Shown piece by piece: positions 26,395 to 39,489 of a stretch of 64,000 nt of DNA. Source of the DNA: Octopus vulgaris (lineage: Eukaryota). The notes under the pieces were generated by a model, which was not told the DNA's origin, made no database searches, and was given only the letters and a program-made list of their open reading frames with translations. The stretch is taken from contig OX597821.1 in the NCBI GenBank assembly GCA_951406725.2, positions 30,814,001 through 30,878,000 on the forward strand, in the 5' to 3' direction. A program made the translations under genes and the position numbers. Each line of letters opens with the position of its first letter. The first letter of the stretch is position 1.

Positions 26395-27210
26395 ATGGAA
26401 GTGACAAAGGAGCCTATTCGACATATTTTGCTTTATGTGTTCAATAAAGGCAACAACGCAACGGAAAGTGTGAGGAAAACTAATGCAGTATAAGGGGATC
26501 GGACAATAAGCGTAAGTCAGTGTCAACGATGGTTCCAGAAATTCCGAGTCGGAAACTACAGCTTAGAAGACGAGCCTCGTACAGGAATAATTGTAGAGCT
26601 CGACGAGGACGTCCTGCAAATGCTGGTGGAACAAAATCTGTTATAAGAGTTGAGGAGCTAGTAGACACGCTTGGATCTTGTCATTCAACCAATCGTCGAC
26701 ACATGCATTCTATCAGAAATGTCAGTAAATTTGGTCAATGGTTTCCGAGTCTAATCGCGTACGGAGAGTGAATGTATACTTTTCTTTGCTGTCCTGTCTC
26801 ACGAATGAATCTTTTTTCCGACCGAATAGTGACTGGTAACTAGAAACGGGTTCTCTATAAAAATGTCAAGTCCCGAAGACGGTAGGTAGGGAAAGGAGGA
26901 ACACTGGCTCCACAGGCTAAATAAGGTCTTCACCCATGTAAAGTGTTGGGGGGATACGAAAGGTTTAGCCCACTTTGAACTTTTGAACCCAAACTAAGCA
27001 ATAATAAAGGAGATTTACTGTGAGCTACTTGAGCGGCTTAAGTCAGCGCTAGAAGAATGGTGTTCATCAGGATAATGCTGAGCCACATACAACAATGATG
27101 CCATTCTGAAGGCTGGAGCAGCTTGAATCGGAAATGATGTCCTACCCACCACATTCATCGGACATTACCCTGTGTGATTATCATTTATTCCACAATCTTC
27201 AAAGTTGTCT
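26395..27210 (+). pseudogene. Decayed mariner (DD34D) transposase
   Basis: MEVTKEPIRHILLYVFNKG...QRWFQKFRVGNYSLEDEPRTG; GQWFP (WVPHEL-like); RIVTGN*K; HQDNAEPH; PPHSSDITLCDYHLF; 105 nt between 2nd and 3rd Asp codons (27071, 27176) = D34D; stops and frameshifts. Confidence 0.93.
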
Positions 27211-27401
27211 GTTAACCATGCCTTCAAGTAACTTATTAAGAGTATTCTCTCTCTCCACTCCCCCGCCTCTCTCACTCATCTACCTTTTGAATTATAGAGC
27301 ATACCTTCTAGAAGTCTCCCGCTGTTAATTGAATGTTTAAAATGGCGTCATGTTATTGCAGAAAAATATCCATAAGTAAATAATATATTTATATATCTTT
27401 A

Positions 27402-27540
27402 AGACGGCGAGCTGGTAAAATCGTTCCCGCGCCGGACAAAAAATTCATAGTGACATTTTGCCTTTACGTTCTGTGGTATATTCCCGCCGATGCCGACTTT
27501 ACCCTATCCCATTTGTGGTCGATAATATAAGTACCAATTG
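27402..27540 (+). mobile_element. Degenerate SINE family A
   Basis: agacggcgagctggtaaaatcgtt...gtcgataatataagtacc. Confidence 0.75.
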
Positions 27541-30272
27541 AGATTATTTATGGGCTGTTCCAATATATAGCTTTGCTTATGTGAACATCTAGTTCTCACC
27601 ACTCACACAAATATATCTGCGCCGAATCACCTGTCACTTTTCCAGGAACTATTTTTAATGCTAGAAAATTGCAATGAATACACAACCTACCTTACGTGTA
27701 GATTGCAGATATCAGTGATTTCAACCTGAAGAATCAAGTCTAGTAATTGAAACTCGTTACTCAACTAAATCCCGGTGTCATTTCCATCGCCATGCAGCTT
27801 CTTTTATTCAATGCCCATCCTATCCCTTCGAAATTCGAATCTGCTGATCGGCTGTGGGTTGCCTTATGCAACAACGAAGCAGTTACTATCGATATACGCA
27901 TATATACTCCTTTTCTCTCTAATTATTGAGTTTCACAGTCCAAATCATCCTCCAATCCTTACAATCGCTCATTTTGTGAAGCTAAAGAGAAAAGCATAAC
28001 TTTTCGCTTTCCTATGTGAGTGCTATGGCTTTATACAGAAATTAGATTAATGCCGTATTCTTTTAATACACAAATCATTTGAATTTCCGACGATTATCTA
28101 TATGGCATGTTTTCCCCTTGCCAAATGTCATACTGAAGTGGTTCGCAGTCCTGAATAAATATTGCTGTGAGCTGATTTGTAGGAAATACTATTTAAATCT
28201 CTCCCAAATTCTTTGAAGCATTTTGAAATTGGAAAACATCATTGTGAGCAGAGTCTATGTCACATTTATGACAAACGTTAATGAGAAAAGTAATCAAAGT
28301 TCAACAATTGCGCATTGGCTAAAAGATTCCGGACATTTTGCAAAAAATAAATCATTGAATTTCTGTTAATGGTAATATTGGAATAGTTCAGGAGAACGAC
28401 ATGTTTTCCCGATAACTATTGTATTCAATTATGGTTTGTATATAACTACGGTAAAACTATCATATGATTTAAGAAATGAACATCAAAGTTCTGAAACTGG
28501 AAAATTTATGATGTTAGTGACTTTAATATGCGAAATCTAACAAGCGAAAGGGAAATTGTGAAATAATTAATCAACAACGTGAAGAAATATTTCTAGATAT
28601 AAGATTTCTTTCGAATGTAATATATAAATTTAATATTATTGATAGTAAAATATATCTTTTAAGCCAGAGAGATATATTTTAATTCTTATCGATTTTTAAG
28701 TCTTCTTTTCAAATGAGATTTCGTTTGAAGATGATTTAAGAATTTGGATGTAATGATTGCGAAAATTTGACAATTAGTTTACCGACTTCCATTTACATAC
28801 ATTAATTTTATTAATTCCAAAATAATCTACTTCTGGTTTTATGTGTTGGTGTGTAAGTGAGTGTGTAAATATAATACTGTTAATATAATTTTATTATTAT
28901 TGATATTATTGTAGTTGTTATTGAAGTTTCATTATAAACAAATAGGAGTTAACAAAAACACTGGAAACGGTACAAGACAATACGTTGTCAGGCTACATAA
29001 AATGAAAGTGTAAACAGTGGAAACGAAGAATAAATGTTAACACTGAAAAATTCCTCAAAAGCGGGAGACTTCTTAGGGCTGTTATAGAATCTCCACACAA
29101 CCACAAAGGCTCTGACTACTAGGGAAGGTCTCCTTTCCATATCGTCTACAGGCGGATGCTTGGTGTAGACCCGTTCAGTCAGATCATTCTTGCAGCATTC
29201 ACTCACCTTCATGTCTTTGAACATCTTACAGGTATCTGAAATCTCATACAACTAAATTCTTGAGTTATTAAACATAACGCTCTTATGAGAGGCGTTAAAG
29301 CCCCTATCAGTCACAGAAGAAAAGATAATGTCAAGACTCAAGTTGGTATTACGTGCTTCTGGCTCAATAGCAGTCAGCCAGTAGATAGATATGACGCGTA
29401 CTCTGAACGTGAGACTATTTAAATATTTCATAAATTTAACATGTATATCTGTATTTTTCATATGTCTTCAATGCTACGTTATTCCTAAGCCATATATGAC
29501 TTGTACTCATTTTACTACAAGCCTAATTCCGTGGGCCATTGGGGAAAAGATTAAACAGTTGTCGCGCGGATGACAGATATTTTGTGTTAGAAAGACGTGT
29601 CTCCAACTGTCCTCTTAAACATGCCCTGTTAATTTATTTAAATGGCATGTCAATTTAGGTTAGTTATTAGGTTTTGAGATTATATCTCCATTCATAAAGT
29701 GCAGGTGGCCTTAATTTTTATTCAGTAATTATAACACATCCCATAAATACAGAAATTGTTTTCACACATCGAATTTTATGCTGTATGAAAATTGATACAC
29801 TAGTATTTCCCTATACACAACAGACTCAATCACTCTCACACCCATACATACAAACATGCATGCATACAAAAACACTCATAAATAGGGAGAGACTAATACG
29901 CAAATTTAGAAGTTATACGCTTTTGTGACTATAATTAGCGGGAAATAATTTTAAATTGTGTGTTAATCTTATATTTTGTATTGAAATTAGAAATAAATTA
30001 TGAAAATACTCGAAGTTTTTATAATACCTGTAGTAGTGGCAATCTTATAAAAAAGAAACTCAAGGAAACTAAATAAAGATATATATTGGACATGCCATGT
30101 ATGGCTGAGTTATTTCAAAGATTGAAAGTTTTATAACTGCTATTTAAATATAATCTAGTACTTAAATAATTTTCCAATTTCCGGTCAATCATAATGATAG
30201 AGAGGCGTGAATGAAAATCATATAATAATTCTGTTTGTCATTCCGTTGCTTAGCCCGTCGGTAACGTTTTCA

Positions 30273-30499
30273 GCGAGCTGGCAGAAACGTTAGCACGCTG
30301 GACGAAATCAGTAGCCGTATTTCGTCTACCGTTACGTTCTGAGTTCAAATTCCGCCGAGGTCGAGTTTGCCTTTCATCCTTTCGGGGTCGATAAATTAAG
30401 TACGAGTGATGCACTGGGGTCGATGTAATCGACTTAATCCGTTTGTCTGTCCTTGTTTCTCTTCTCTGTGTTTAGCCCCTTCTGGGTAGTAAAGAAATA
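30273..30499 (+). mobile_element. SINE family A
   Basis: 13-bp perfect TSD ggtaacgttttca (30260-30272 / 30500-30512). Confidence 0.93.
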
Positions 30500-32717
30500 G
30501 GTAACGTTTTCACGTGATTTAAGAAGACGGAGAAAGAAAAGTAGAAATTAAAAGACGGAGGGAGAAAAAGAAAAAGTAAGAAAAAACGGACAGAACAAAA
30601 GCGGGAGAGCAAAACGTCTATTGCGTGAAGTAGAGGAAACGTAAATGCATCACTTTCACGTGATTAGTTGAAGGGGGAGTACAACAGGGGAAAAAGGGAG
30701 AGAGTAAAAGAGGATAGGCCGAATAGTGAAACAGAAAGAGGGAGTGAGTAAAATACGGAGAGTGATAAAGTGGGCAAGAGAAGCGTCTATGGCCTGAGGT
30801 AGCGAGAGTATAATATTTATTACAGGGTTAGAATAGTTAGCTGAAGGTAGAGGAGTAGAGTTTGAACATATAATTTTAGAATAAGAGTGATGTTCTGATG
30901 GGGAGGTTAAAGGCAGAGAGTGAGAGAGGGGGCAGAGAGATGATGATGGTGGTGGAGGAGATGGAGGTGAAGGTTTTGGAAGTGGAGGTGGCGGTGGTGA
31001 GTAAATAGTGAAAAGTGTGTCTATCTGCCTGTTAGTTAGGTGTGTAACAAATACTAAAAGTACTAACAAAAAACAATTATCAAAGGCTTAACCATCTAGA
31101 AATATTTTCATCCAAGAAATTTCCTAAAATTTCGATTCCTCAAGTATTTTTGAATTTTTTAAAATCCAATTTCTCGCAAACTTGTATATTCACTGCATCC
31201 AATACATCACAAATGTGAATGTTCATCGTATTCACTGCGGACTGTTCTGTTTTCATTTGCAAAGTTTCTCACATTCTCTTTTAATTTTTAATTCGCTATT
31301 AATGTATACGTAATGTAGAAATATTATTTATTGAGTTAATATTTTTGAAAATAGCCATATAATTTTTGAATGCAGGTTAGCTGTGAGAAGAGCCTAGAAA
31401 GTTGGGTAATTACTATTAGAAGGGGAGGTGAAAAAAAAAAAACAAATGTTATTGACAAGTACTTGAAACTCGCATCTTATTCACAGTTTTCAAACACGAC
31501 TTCAACAGTGACACAAAGACACACACAGACGCCAATACATACTCGCGAACACGCAGATGTACATACACAAAATGAAAGGCAATGAATATATGTGTATGCG
31601 GGGGCGTGCCTGCTTACGTGTGTGTGCATGTGTGCATGTGTGTGTGCTGTTTACTGACAAAACTTCGTGCTGCATCACTTTTGTGAAGTTTTGTTAGTGA
31701 ACAGGTCGTACTTTCAAAGCGACAAAAGTATTTTGACGCAAATGAAGCTTTAATGATAAAATGAAACTAAGGGCATGTTGCTGTTCTTAAATAGTTTACA
31801 AACAACTTCCAAGCTGCAATCGTTTTCGTTTCAGCACATGATCTCAGATAAAGTCACTTGTTATGCAGGTACATCTCTATAATTATTTTAAATCACCGTG
31901 GACAAGTACCAGCAATGACTTTCTCAGGCCCTCCAAAATTTTAATTTCTAAACCGAAACACTCGGAGGCAGGGAGTGGGGTTGCAAAACTTCATAATATC
32001 TCAAATTTTATATTTTATACCATATAAATGTATTTATGGGGGGAAATATAGAAAAACATTAATACATGCTAGAGTGATAAAGGCACGAGGAGGAATGTCT
32101 TTAGATCTTCAACAGCCAAATCGCCATTAAATCACTTTCCCTCTGAAAATATTAACAATTTTTCCCTTTTTTAACTGAAAATGCAGCTCCCATGGTTTTG
32201 AAGTCCAAAACAAAATTGTCCAAAACAGGTCCGGAGTGAGAGGATGAGTGAGGGGGTGTCAAAGAAATAGTTTTTGAAACATTTTCATGCAAAAATGAAC
32301 CCGCCGCCAGGACCCCATCATTTCGAAATCTGTGGTTTAAAATAAATGAGGAAAATCCACGTAAAATTTTCGCCATGAATTTCGTTATAACTATAATCTA
32401 TGCGGTTTCAAAGGGATTTGTATAAGTTTTCATTAAGAGATACCCAACTTCCTGAAAGTTAAAAAAATTTCATATTAGGTGAATTTTCTGAAATTCTTCT
32501 CTCCGCGCCTTCGCAAAAATCTTATCCTTAATTCCTTATATACTCTGAAGCTAAAACATCTAAGCGGTATTTGTATAAAATTTTACAAATTTTGAAAAAG
32601 TATCTATTATTCTGGATGTTATGAGGCTAGAAATTCGGGGGCATATACATCTGTAGTAACGCCCCTTTATTGATACGAATTTTCATTTCATGTTTATTTC
32701 ATTCACATATTTGCAAT

Positions 32718-32771
<54 letters not shown>

Positions 32772-33027
32772 TGCAAAGTTTACATATCGGCTGCAGAAGT
32801 GAAATATCTCTGTTACTTTGAGGTGAATGGAAAACTTGATAAAATGCTCCCACTCTGTTGTTGGACTACCGTGATATTTGTTTAAAAAAGAGAAATTATA
32901 AGTGTGATTAAATAATGAACGGAATATTTACTAAGCAAGTGGGCATTATGTTAGAGAGAAATAATTAGATGTAAAATATAAAGGTTATTAGAAATGGGAA
33001 TCAAATGTGAAAATATTATCAAGGGGA

Positions 33028-33065
33028 TAGCAGAAAACCGCCTAGAAGGCGGTCTTTCTGCTAGT
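33028..33065 (+). other. GC-rich hairpin ending in CTAG-T (Helitron-like 3' terminus)
   Basis: tagcagaaaaccgcct-aga-aggcggtctttctgcta-gt. Confidence 0.5.
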
Positions 33066-33698
33066 TTTTATTTAATTGAGCTAATTTTTTATATCACGTA
33101 TAACTTAACACCTACGCATAAGCACAATTCCGTGAAATATTTACGCTTATTTACGTGGTAGATATGTGCAATTTAACTAAAGTTTGAATCATATATACGG
33201 TGATTTTTTTTTTGTTTGCGAAAAATAGAAAAATAAGAGTGAATATCTATTTTATGAGTGCTGTGTATTAAGTCTATAAAATTGTGCATAAAGTATATAA
33301 AGCGTATATATAAAGGGACTTAAATAATCATCGTATTCCAATTTCTTAGTTATCATTGTGTAGCAGATGAGCTACCTTGTATACAGACAAAACACAGGCA
33401 AAGCTTTCATGATTTTTGGATAAAGTTTTCAGACAAAAAGTTACCCTTAAATCCGTGAGATATTCGTGGTTCCCGCTAGAAAGTGGTTATCGTGTTTGAT
33501 TGATGTGTTTATAATTAAAATAGTAATCTTGTATATTCTGTAACATACACAAATATACACAAATATTTGCTACGACTTCCTTTTGTTTACATTTACTGCT
33601 CTACGTTTCTGATTACATGGTCACTACCTCCTACATTTCTTTTCGTATTTGCAGTTTTGTAAAAAAAATTGGTCTAATTCTACTCTACTTTGTATAAA

Positions 33699-33757
<59 letters not shown>

Positions 33758-33821
33758 GACAGAGGGGGAGAGAGAAGGAGTGAGAGAGAGTGCGCAGTTT
33801 TCAATATTTAGAACTAAGAAG

Positions 33822-34015
33822 GTGGTGAGATGGCAGAACAGTTCCCGCGGAAGGTAAAACGATTAACGTTATTTCATCTGTGTTTGTTCTATGTTCACTT
33901 TGCTTTTCATTGTTTCGGGTCGATAGAATATGTACCAGCTGGTCACTGGGGTCGATATAATCGATTTACTCAATCCCCGTAATTTCTGACCTTTTGCCAA
34001 AATTTGTGACCAGTA
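33822..34015 (+). mobile_element. Degenerate SINE family A
   Basis: ggtggtgagatggcagaac...cgggtcgatag...ctggggtcgatataatcga. Confidence 0.75.
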
Positions 34016-34297
34016 TTATAAGGCTAAGTACGTATTTTAGTATCAATACATTTCCAAAAACAATTAGAGAGTAAAGTTTTGTATCAATTGACCCTGAATA
34101 CTAGAACACGAATATCCGATCTTCATGAATTCCCTACACCAGAATACGACCCACAATTACACTGCAGAATACTGTTGATGGAGATACATCCCAACCTGTC
34201 TCTCTCTCACTTTCTACCTCTCTTACTCTCTCTCACTGTCTCTCACTTCTTCTCCCTTTCTCACATTCTCTCTCTATATATACATACACACGTCCAT

Positions 34298-34300
34298 CTG

Positions 34301-34376
<76 letters not shown>

Positions 34377-34475
34377 CCTACCTATCTATGTATCTATCTA
34401 TCTATCTATCTATCAATCTATATATCTCTCTATCTAGATCTCTCTCTCTCTCCCTATATATATATATATATATAC
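34298..34475. repeat. (TATC)n/(TC)n/(TA)n microsatellite
   Basis: Direct observation. Confidence 0.95.
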
Positions 34476-34957
34476 AAATACATATATGTATACACACACA
34501 AAAAGAAAAGAAAAAGAAAAATGGAGATTTAGGATTGGCACATTTTAATTTATTAACATATCAATATATTATCATGATTATAAAATATAATATAATATTA
34601 AATAAATATAAATATTTAAGCCTACAATTGTTTCAATTCAGACTCAATAATAAATTTATAAATTTATTATTGCGTCTGATGTTGAAACACTTATAGGAAT
34701 ATAATATTCATACTTATATTATATTATATTATATTATAACAATGTTATATTGCGTTAATAAATTAAAATATGTGAATTATTAATCTCCACTTTTCATTTT
34801 TGCATTTTGAATATATAACCATTTGAATTGTGGAAATGTTTTTCTGTGCTATATTGCGCATAAAACCACCAAACCTGTGAAAAACTGGATATTTCAATCC
34901 CTATAGTGGAGACTGTTTTATTTGCATTGGATTTCAATTATATATGTATATAGAGGG

Positions 34958-35008
<51 letters not shown>

Positions 35009-35234
35009 AGAAATATATCTATCTATATATGTAGTAGTTGAATGAATTATCTTATTATGGATAATTCGGTTAACCGATACCTGGGTAGCAAATTCACGTC
35101 AGAAAAACACGGTTGAAGCTACATGCCTAGGGCAAAGACCACGTGCTATCGTGTGGAAATTTGTGTGTTTGTTTGAATACAAATAAATGAAAGAATGGAG
35201 TTGAACGACGAATTTTAAAAATTCCTTTATTTTA

Positions 35235-35318
35235 TTTTCGACATATGTTTTGAAGGCTGCTTATTCCTAATTTCGAAGGAATAAGGGGTGCATTATGCCG
35301 CCTTCTCATCAGGAAAAA
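35235..35318 (-). ncRNA. Type I hammerhead ribozyme motif with G12A core change
   Basis: Minus strand: TTTTC-CTGATGA-GAAGGC...GCCTTC-AAAA-CATATGTC-GAAAA; 5-bp stem I, but GAAA>AAAA at 35251. Confidence 0.65.
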
Positions 35319-35390
35319 GTAAGGAACTTATGTCAGCATCAAGATGCACAAAAACTTTTAGATGCCTGCCCACACGGAGCCCATAGCGAT

Positions 35391-35475
35391 AATTCTCTGA
35401 TGAGAAGGCGGCATAATGCACCCCTTATTCCTTCGAAATTAGGAATATGCAGCCTTCGAAACATATGTCGAAAAT
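35391..35475 (+). ncRNA. Type I hammerhead ribozyme motif (intact catalytic core)
   Basis: CTGATGA 35397-35403; stem II GAAGGCgGCATA/TATGCaGCCTTC; GAAA 35458-35461; palindromic mini-stem III ACATATGT; GTC triplet, predicted cut after 35469; stem I weak. Confidence 0.8.
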
Positions 35476-35557
35476 AAAATAAAAGAATTTTGTTAATTCG
35501 TCGATCAACTCCATTCTTTCATTTATTTGTATTAAAAAAAAAATCTATATATGTATG

Positions 35558-35612
<55 letters not shown>

Positions 35613-35734
35613 ATATATATTTATTTAATTATTTATTCATTTATATTCTTGTGGATTTTTTCAGAACATTTTGATATTTTGGTGAAGAGAGAGAAGTTCT
35701 TACTGCGTCCACTCGCCGGTGTTTCATCAGTAAC

Positions 35735-36110
35735 AGATGATTACGGACTCTATGTGAAGATGCTGGTGAAACACTGGTTAGAGAAGGTTACATTTGGAAG
35801 GACATCTGCGTGACAGTATTATTCGTTTCCCTGCCATACCACCGGAAGAAATGGACGTCGGAGAATTTCTACGATTCCATTAGCTCCAACTACTTGTATA
35901 GTAATTATCCCGATTGTAATGCTATGGATTACTGAAACGGCGCGCTTGACACAAACACGATCGCCTTCTTGCAACACTGAGAATGAGCTGGTGACCAAGA
36001 TTATGGCCATGTTCGAAGGTCTTGCCAGGGACCCATGTGCCAACATGTAGATTCTTATCCATGACATGACGAAAACCATGCGTTAGTTCGAGTAAACACT
36101 TACCTGCCAT
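35735..36110 (+). pseudogene. Decayed Tc1/mariner (maT/DD37D-like) transposase fragment
   Basis: YVKMLVKHWLEKVTFGR..*QYYSFPCHT (WQQDSAPCHT-like), SENFYD, YPDCNAMDY (SPDxNPxDY-like), SCNTENELVTKI..FEGLARD. Confidence 0.8.
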
Positions 36111-36253
36111 CCAAAATTCAGTTGAAAGTTTTGAATTTTAAAATGCTGTATATTTGGATGATATACTGTGTCCTCTTCTTTCATGCAAAGTATCAAATTT
36201 AAACCTCTCTCTTTCTCTTAATCTATCTATCTATCTATCGATCGATCGATTTA

Positions 36254-36298
<45 letters not shown>

Positions 36299-37122
36299 AT
36301 TTATAAACAAGGGCAAACAAAATTATTTCCATGCCAATATGCTGACATCAGACTTTTTTTTGAATCATCAATTTCCACATACTATTATATACGCTCTGCA
36401 GAAATACGTTGCGCTGAATCAAGGCGGCTCGTCACCATAATTTTTTTTAAAACGTTCGTTATTCTTATATTGAATCAACTTCAGAATTAATCTCATAGAC
36501 TTTTTCTCTTCAGTAGAAAATACGATAAAAAATAAATGAAATACTTACATGCGCCCACGGAAAAAGCCGAAGCAAATGTCATGTGTACACATAAGTATAT
36601 ATCTAAATATATCTAAATATAAAATCCTTTGGCTAGCCTCAGCTATATATATGTAAAAATGTCTGCATGTATGCGAGTATGTGTATGCATATTCACACAT
36701 TTATACGTATATGCTTCTACATACATATATACATATACATACACACACATATGTATGTAAGTACATAGGTAGGTGGGTAGGTAGGTAGGTAGGTAGGTAG
36801 GTAGGTAGGTAGATGGACAGATAGATACGCTAATGTCAAACACTGAGAATGAGTATTCAACACTGCAAATATTCTTTATTTGTGAGTTGATAAGGCTACC
36901 ATTATTTTCATGTAGAGTATTCTCAGCAATCATCAGGCTTGCCACATGGGACGTTGGTACTTGGATGGGAATACAACATAGCTACACAAGATTGAGGGTG
37001 ATTTAGGAATAAACAAATAAATATACAGATCTAGATGAACTGCTGATTAGTTTTCGTTGCGTTCAAATTTATAAATACAAATATGAATATGAACACACAT
37101 GTATATGCACATTTACATTCGT

Positions 37123-37203
37123 GGAGGCGCAATGGCCCAGTGGTTAGGGCAGCGGACTCGCGGTCGGAGGATCGCGGTTTCGATTCCCAGACCGGGCGTT
37201 GCG
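37123..37203 (+). mobile_element. SINE family B head only
   Basis: ggaggcgcaatggcccagtggttagggcagcggactcgcggtcggaggatcgcggtttcgattccc. Confidence 0.88.
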
Positions 37204-37369
37204 AAATTTTTTTTCTTTCACATATATCTAAACGTTAAACGGTGACCACGTTGTTGTGAATTCATGGGATAGTATACTAATAAATTTTTGTATATATCCA
37301 TGCTTTGCATCATACTGTATCATACACACGCAGACGCACACACACACACACACACACGCGCGCGCGCGC

Positions 37370-37416
<47 letters not shown>

Positions 37417-37421
37417 ATAAA

Positions 37422-37452
<31 letters not shown>

Positions 37453-37539
37453 ACATATATATATATATATATATATTCACATAAAAGCACACACACGAAC
37501 ATTAGTGGTCATCACCGAGGAAGCTCCACCAAAATAACA

Positions 37540-37865
37540 GTGCGGTGTTCGCCCCGCCTGTAGTATCATCAACATGGTCTTTTGCGCCCACCTTCTCCAA
37601 AAAATTCTGAGAGCAGAGAAAGCCATTACTTTTTTCTGTTCTGGGACTTGGAGCCTTTCGAAATCATACCGAGAACAGCAATGTGGCCAGCCTAACGCAC
37701 TTCAGTTGTCCCGATGGCTTTCCGAACCTCATTCAGGATTTACACGACGGAATGTCTGGCCATATCATCACCAAAGATGCTCTCTTTGATTCCTTCTCAA
37801 TTAATATTAGCCTGAGGCAAGGATACATCCTGGCACCAGCATTGTTTCCCTCGATCTGGGTAACA
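37540..37865 (+). pseudogene. Decayed RTE-clade RT fragment
   Basis: MVFCAHLLQK; FSCPDGFPNLIQDLHDGM...LRQGYILAPALF (QGCVLAPTLF-like). Confidence 0.75.
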
Positions 37866-38146
37866 TGACATCCATAAAATCTTTGATCAAGCTCCTCTCA
37901 TGTGCATGTGTGCATGTATGCGTGTAAGTTTCGTTTAAACATCTACGAAGAGACTAGACCTGCTTTAAATAACTATCATATGCTTCCTATAACACATAGA
38001 ACATTTTTGAATAAAGTATACATAAATTAACATAGCCGTTATATACAGTAACATTATAAAACGGAAGACGGGGCATTTCGAGAATTAAGTCAAAAAGAAA
38101 AATCGGCAAAGTATATTTTTATTTATTTATTTATTTATTTTATTTA

Positions 38147-38431
38147 AGCTTCAGCTCAGAGCTGCGGACATGCTGATGCACCGCCGTTAATTGTGGTGAG
38201 AGTGTACAGCAGCGTTCGCCACCGACCCCTGCCGGAGCCTCGTGGAGTTTTTTAAGATAAGTAAGAGTGGAGTGAGAGAAAGTTGAGGCGAAAGAGTACA
38301 ACAGGGGTCGCCACCACCCCCTGCTTTAGGTGTTTTCGCTCAATAAACACACACAACGCCCGGTCTGGGAATCGAAACCGCGATCCTACAACTGCGAGTC
38401 CGCTGCCCTAACCACTGGGCCATTGCGCCTC
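38147..38431 (-). mobile_element. SINE family B head with family C-like tail
   Basis: Reverse-complement B head at 38330-38431; tail gctgcggacatgctgatgcaccgcc at 38161-38185. Confidence 0.8.
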
Positions 38432-39147
38432 GACATGTATACACTGTGTTGATATGTACGAAATATAACTATGTTTTCGTTTTGTTTTGGTGTTTTTTTT
38501 CCCGTTACATTGACGGTCTCTTCATAGAACCGAAATCTGTCGTTGCTAGAAAAGCATATTATGTTTCACAGTAATTGCTGCATGTGTCAGTTTGAAAAAA
38601 AAACAGGAGAATATGCTGTCTGTGAAACTAAGCACCTAAACGCTGATCGTTTAGTATAATTATTTAATTGAAGTGTATATGATATTCTCATGTCAAGTGA
38701 AAAAAAAAACTTTAAAAATATGCAACAAATATTTAGTTATGCCTACTCTTTCTATAATTTTACGTCGGGTGTGACAACAATACGTTAATAATATGATTTG
38801 TGTGGCATTGCTCCAAATCTACGTTTATCCAAAAATAATAACGTTTTAGGTTGTTGCTCTTTAGTTATAATGAATATCATATGCAATTGACAAAAAATAA
38901 GCGTGCTATGAAATAGCATTCCTGTCATGACTCTAAGTTGTTTATCTTATGTTGCATAAGCGTTACTGCATAAATATACCAAAATCCACGTAAGATGGAT
39001 AATTCTTACACACTCTAAATATTTTCATAGGGAGAAATTTGACATTAGTGTAATGAAGTCAGATCATTTTTCAGTTGGATAATCAGCTATACTACCATAT
39101 TAGTTATATAGAGGTTAATGCCTAGATTGAAATGTAGCTACAAAAAA

Positions 39148-39280
<133 letters not shown>

Positions 39281-39412
39281 CTAATACTCTAATATTAATA
39301 CTCATGATGATGATGATCATGATCAAGATCCTTTTAATATTGGCACAAGTCCTGAAACTTTGGTGAAGATGGCTAGTTGATGATATCGACCCCAGGGCGT
39401 AACTGGCACTTA

Positions 39413-39413
39413 C

Positions 39414-39466
<53 letters not shown>

Positions 39467-39486
39467 TAATAATAATAATGATAATT
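39413..39486. repeat. (AAT)n microsatellite
   Basis: Direct observation; immediately precedes the RLE LINE. Confidence 0.95.
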
Positions 39487-39489
39487 ATT

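Larger units (their letters stand above)
35176..35533. repeat. Long inverted repeat (137-bp arms, 84-bp spacer); Penelope-like inverted pLTR pair
   Basis: 35176-35312 is the near-perfect reverse complement of 35397-35533. Confidence 0.92.

Noticed and set aside
26395-27210. Possible SETMAR-like domesticated gene
   Set aside because: Multiple stops and frameshifts, mutated first catalytic Asp, no SET domain
30656-31069. Pro/Ser-rich 137-aa ORF on minus
   Set aside because: Low-complexity purine-rich tract with no domain or splice support
37123-37203. tRNA-like sequence
   Set aside because: Matches the SINE family B head; no proper acceptor stem, so not a tRNA gene
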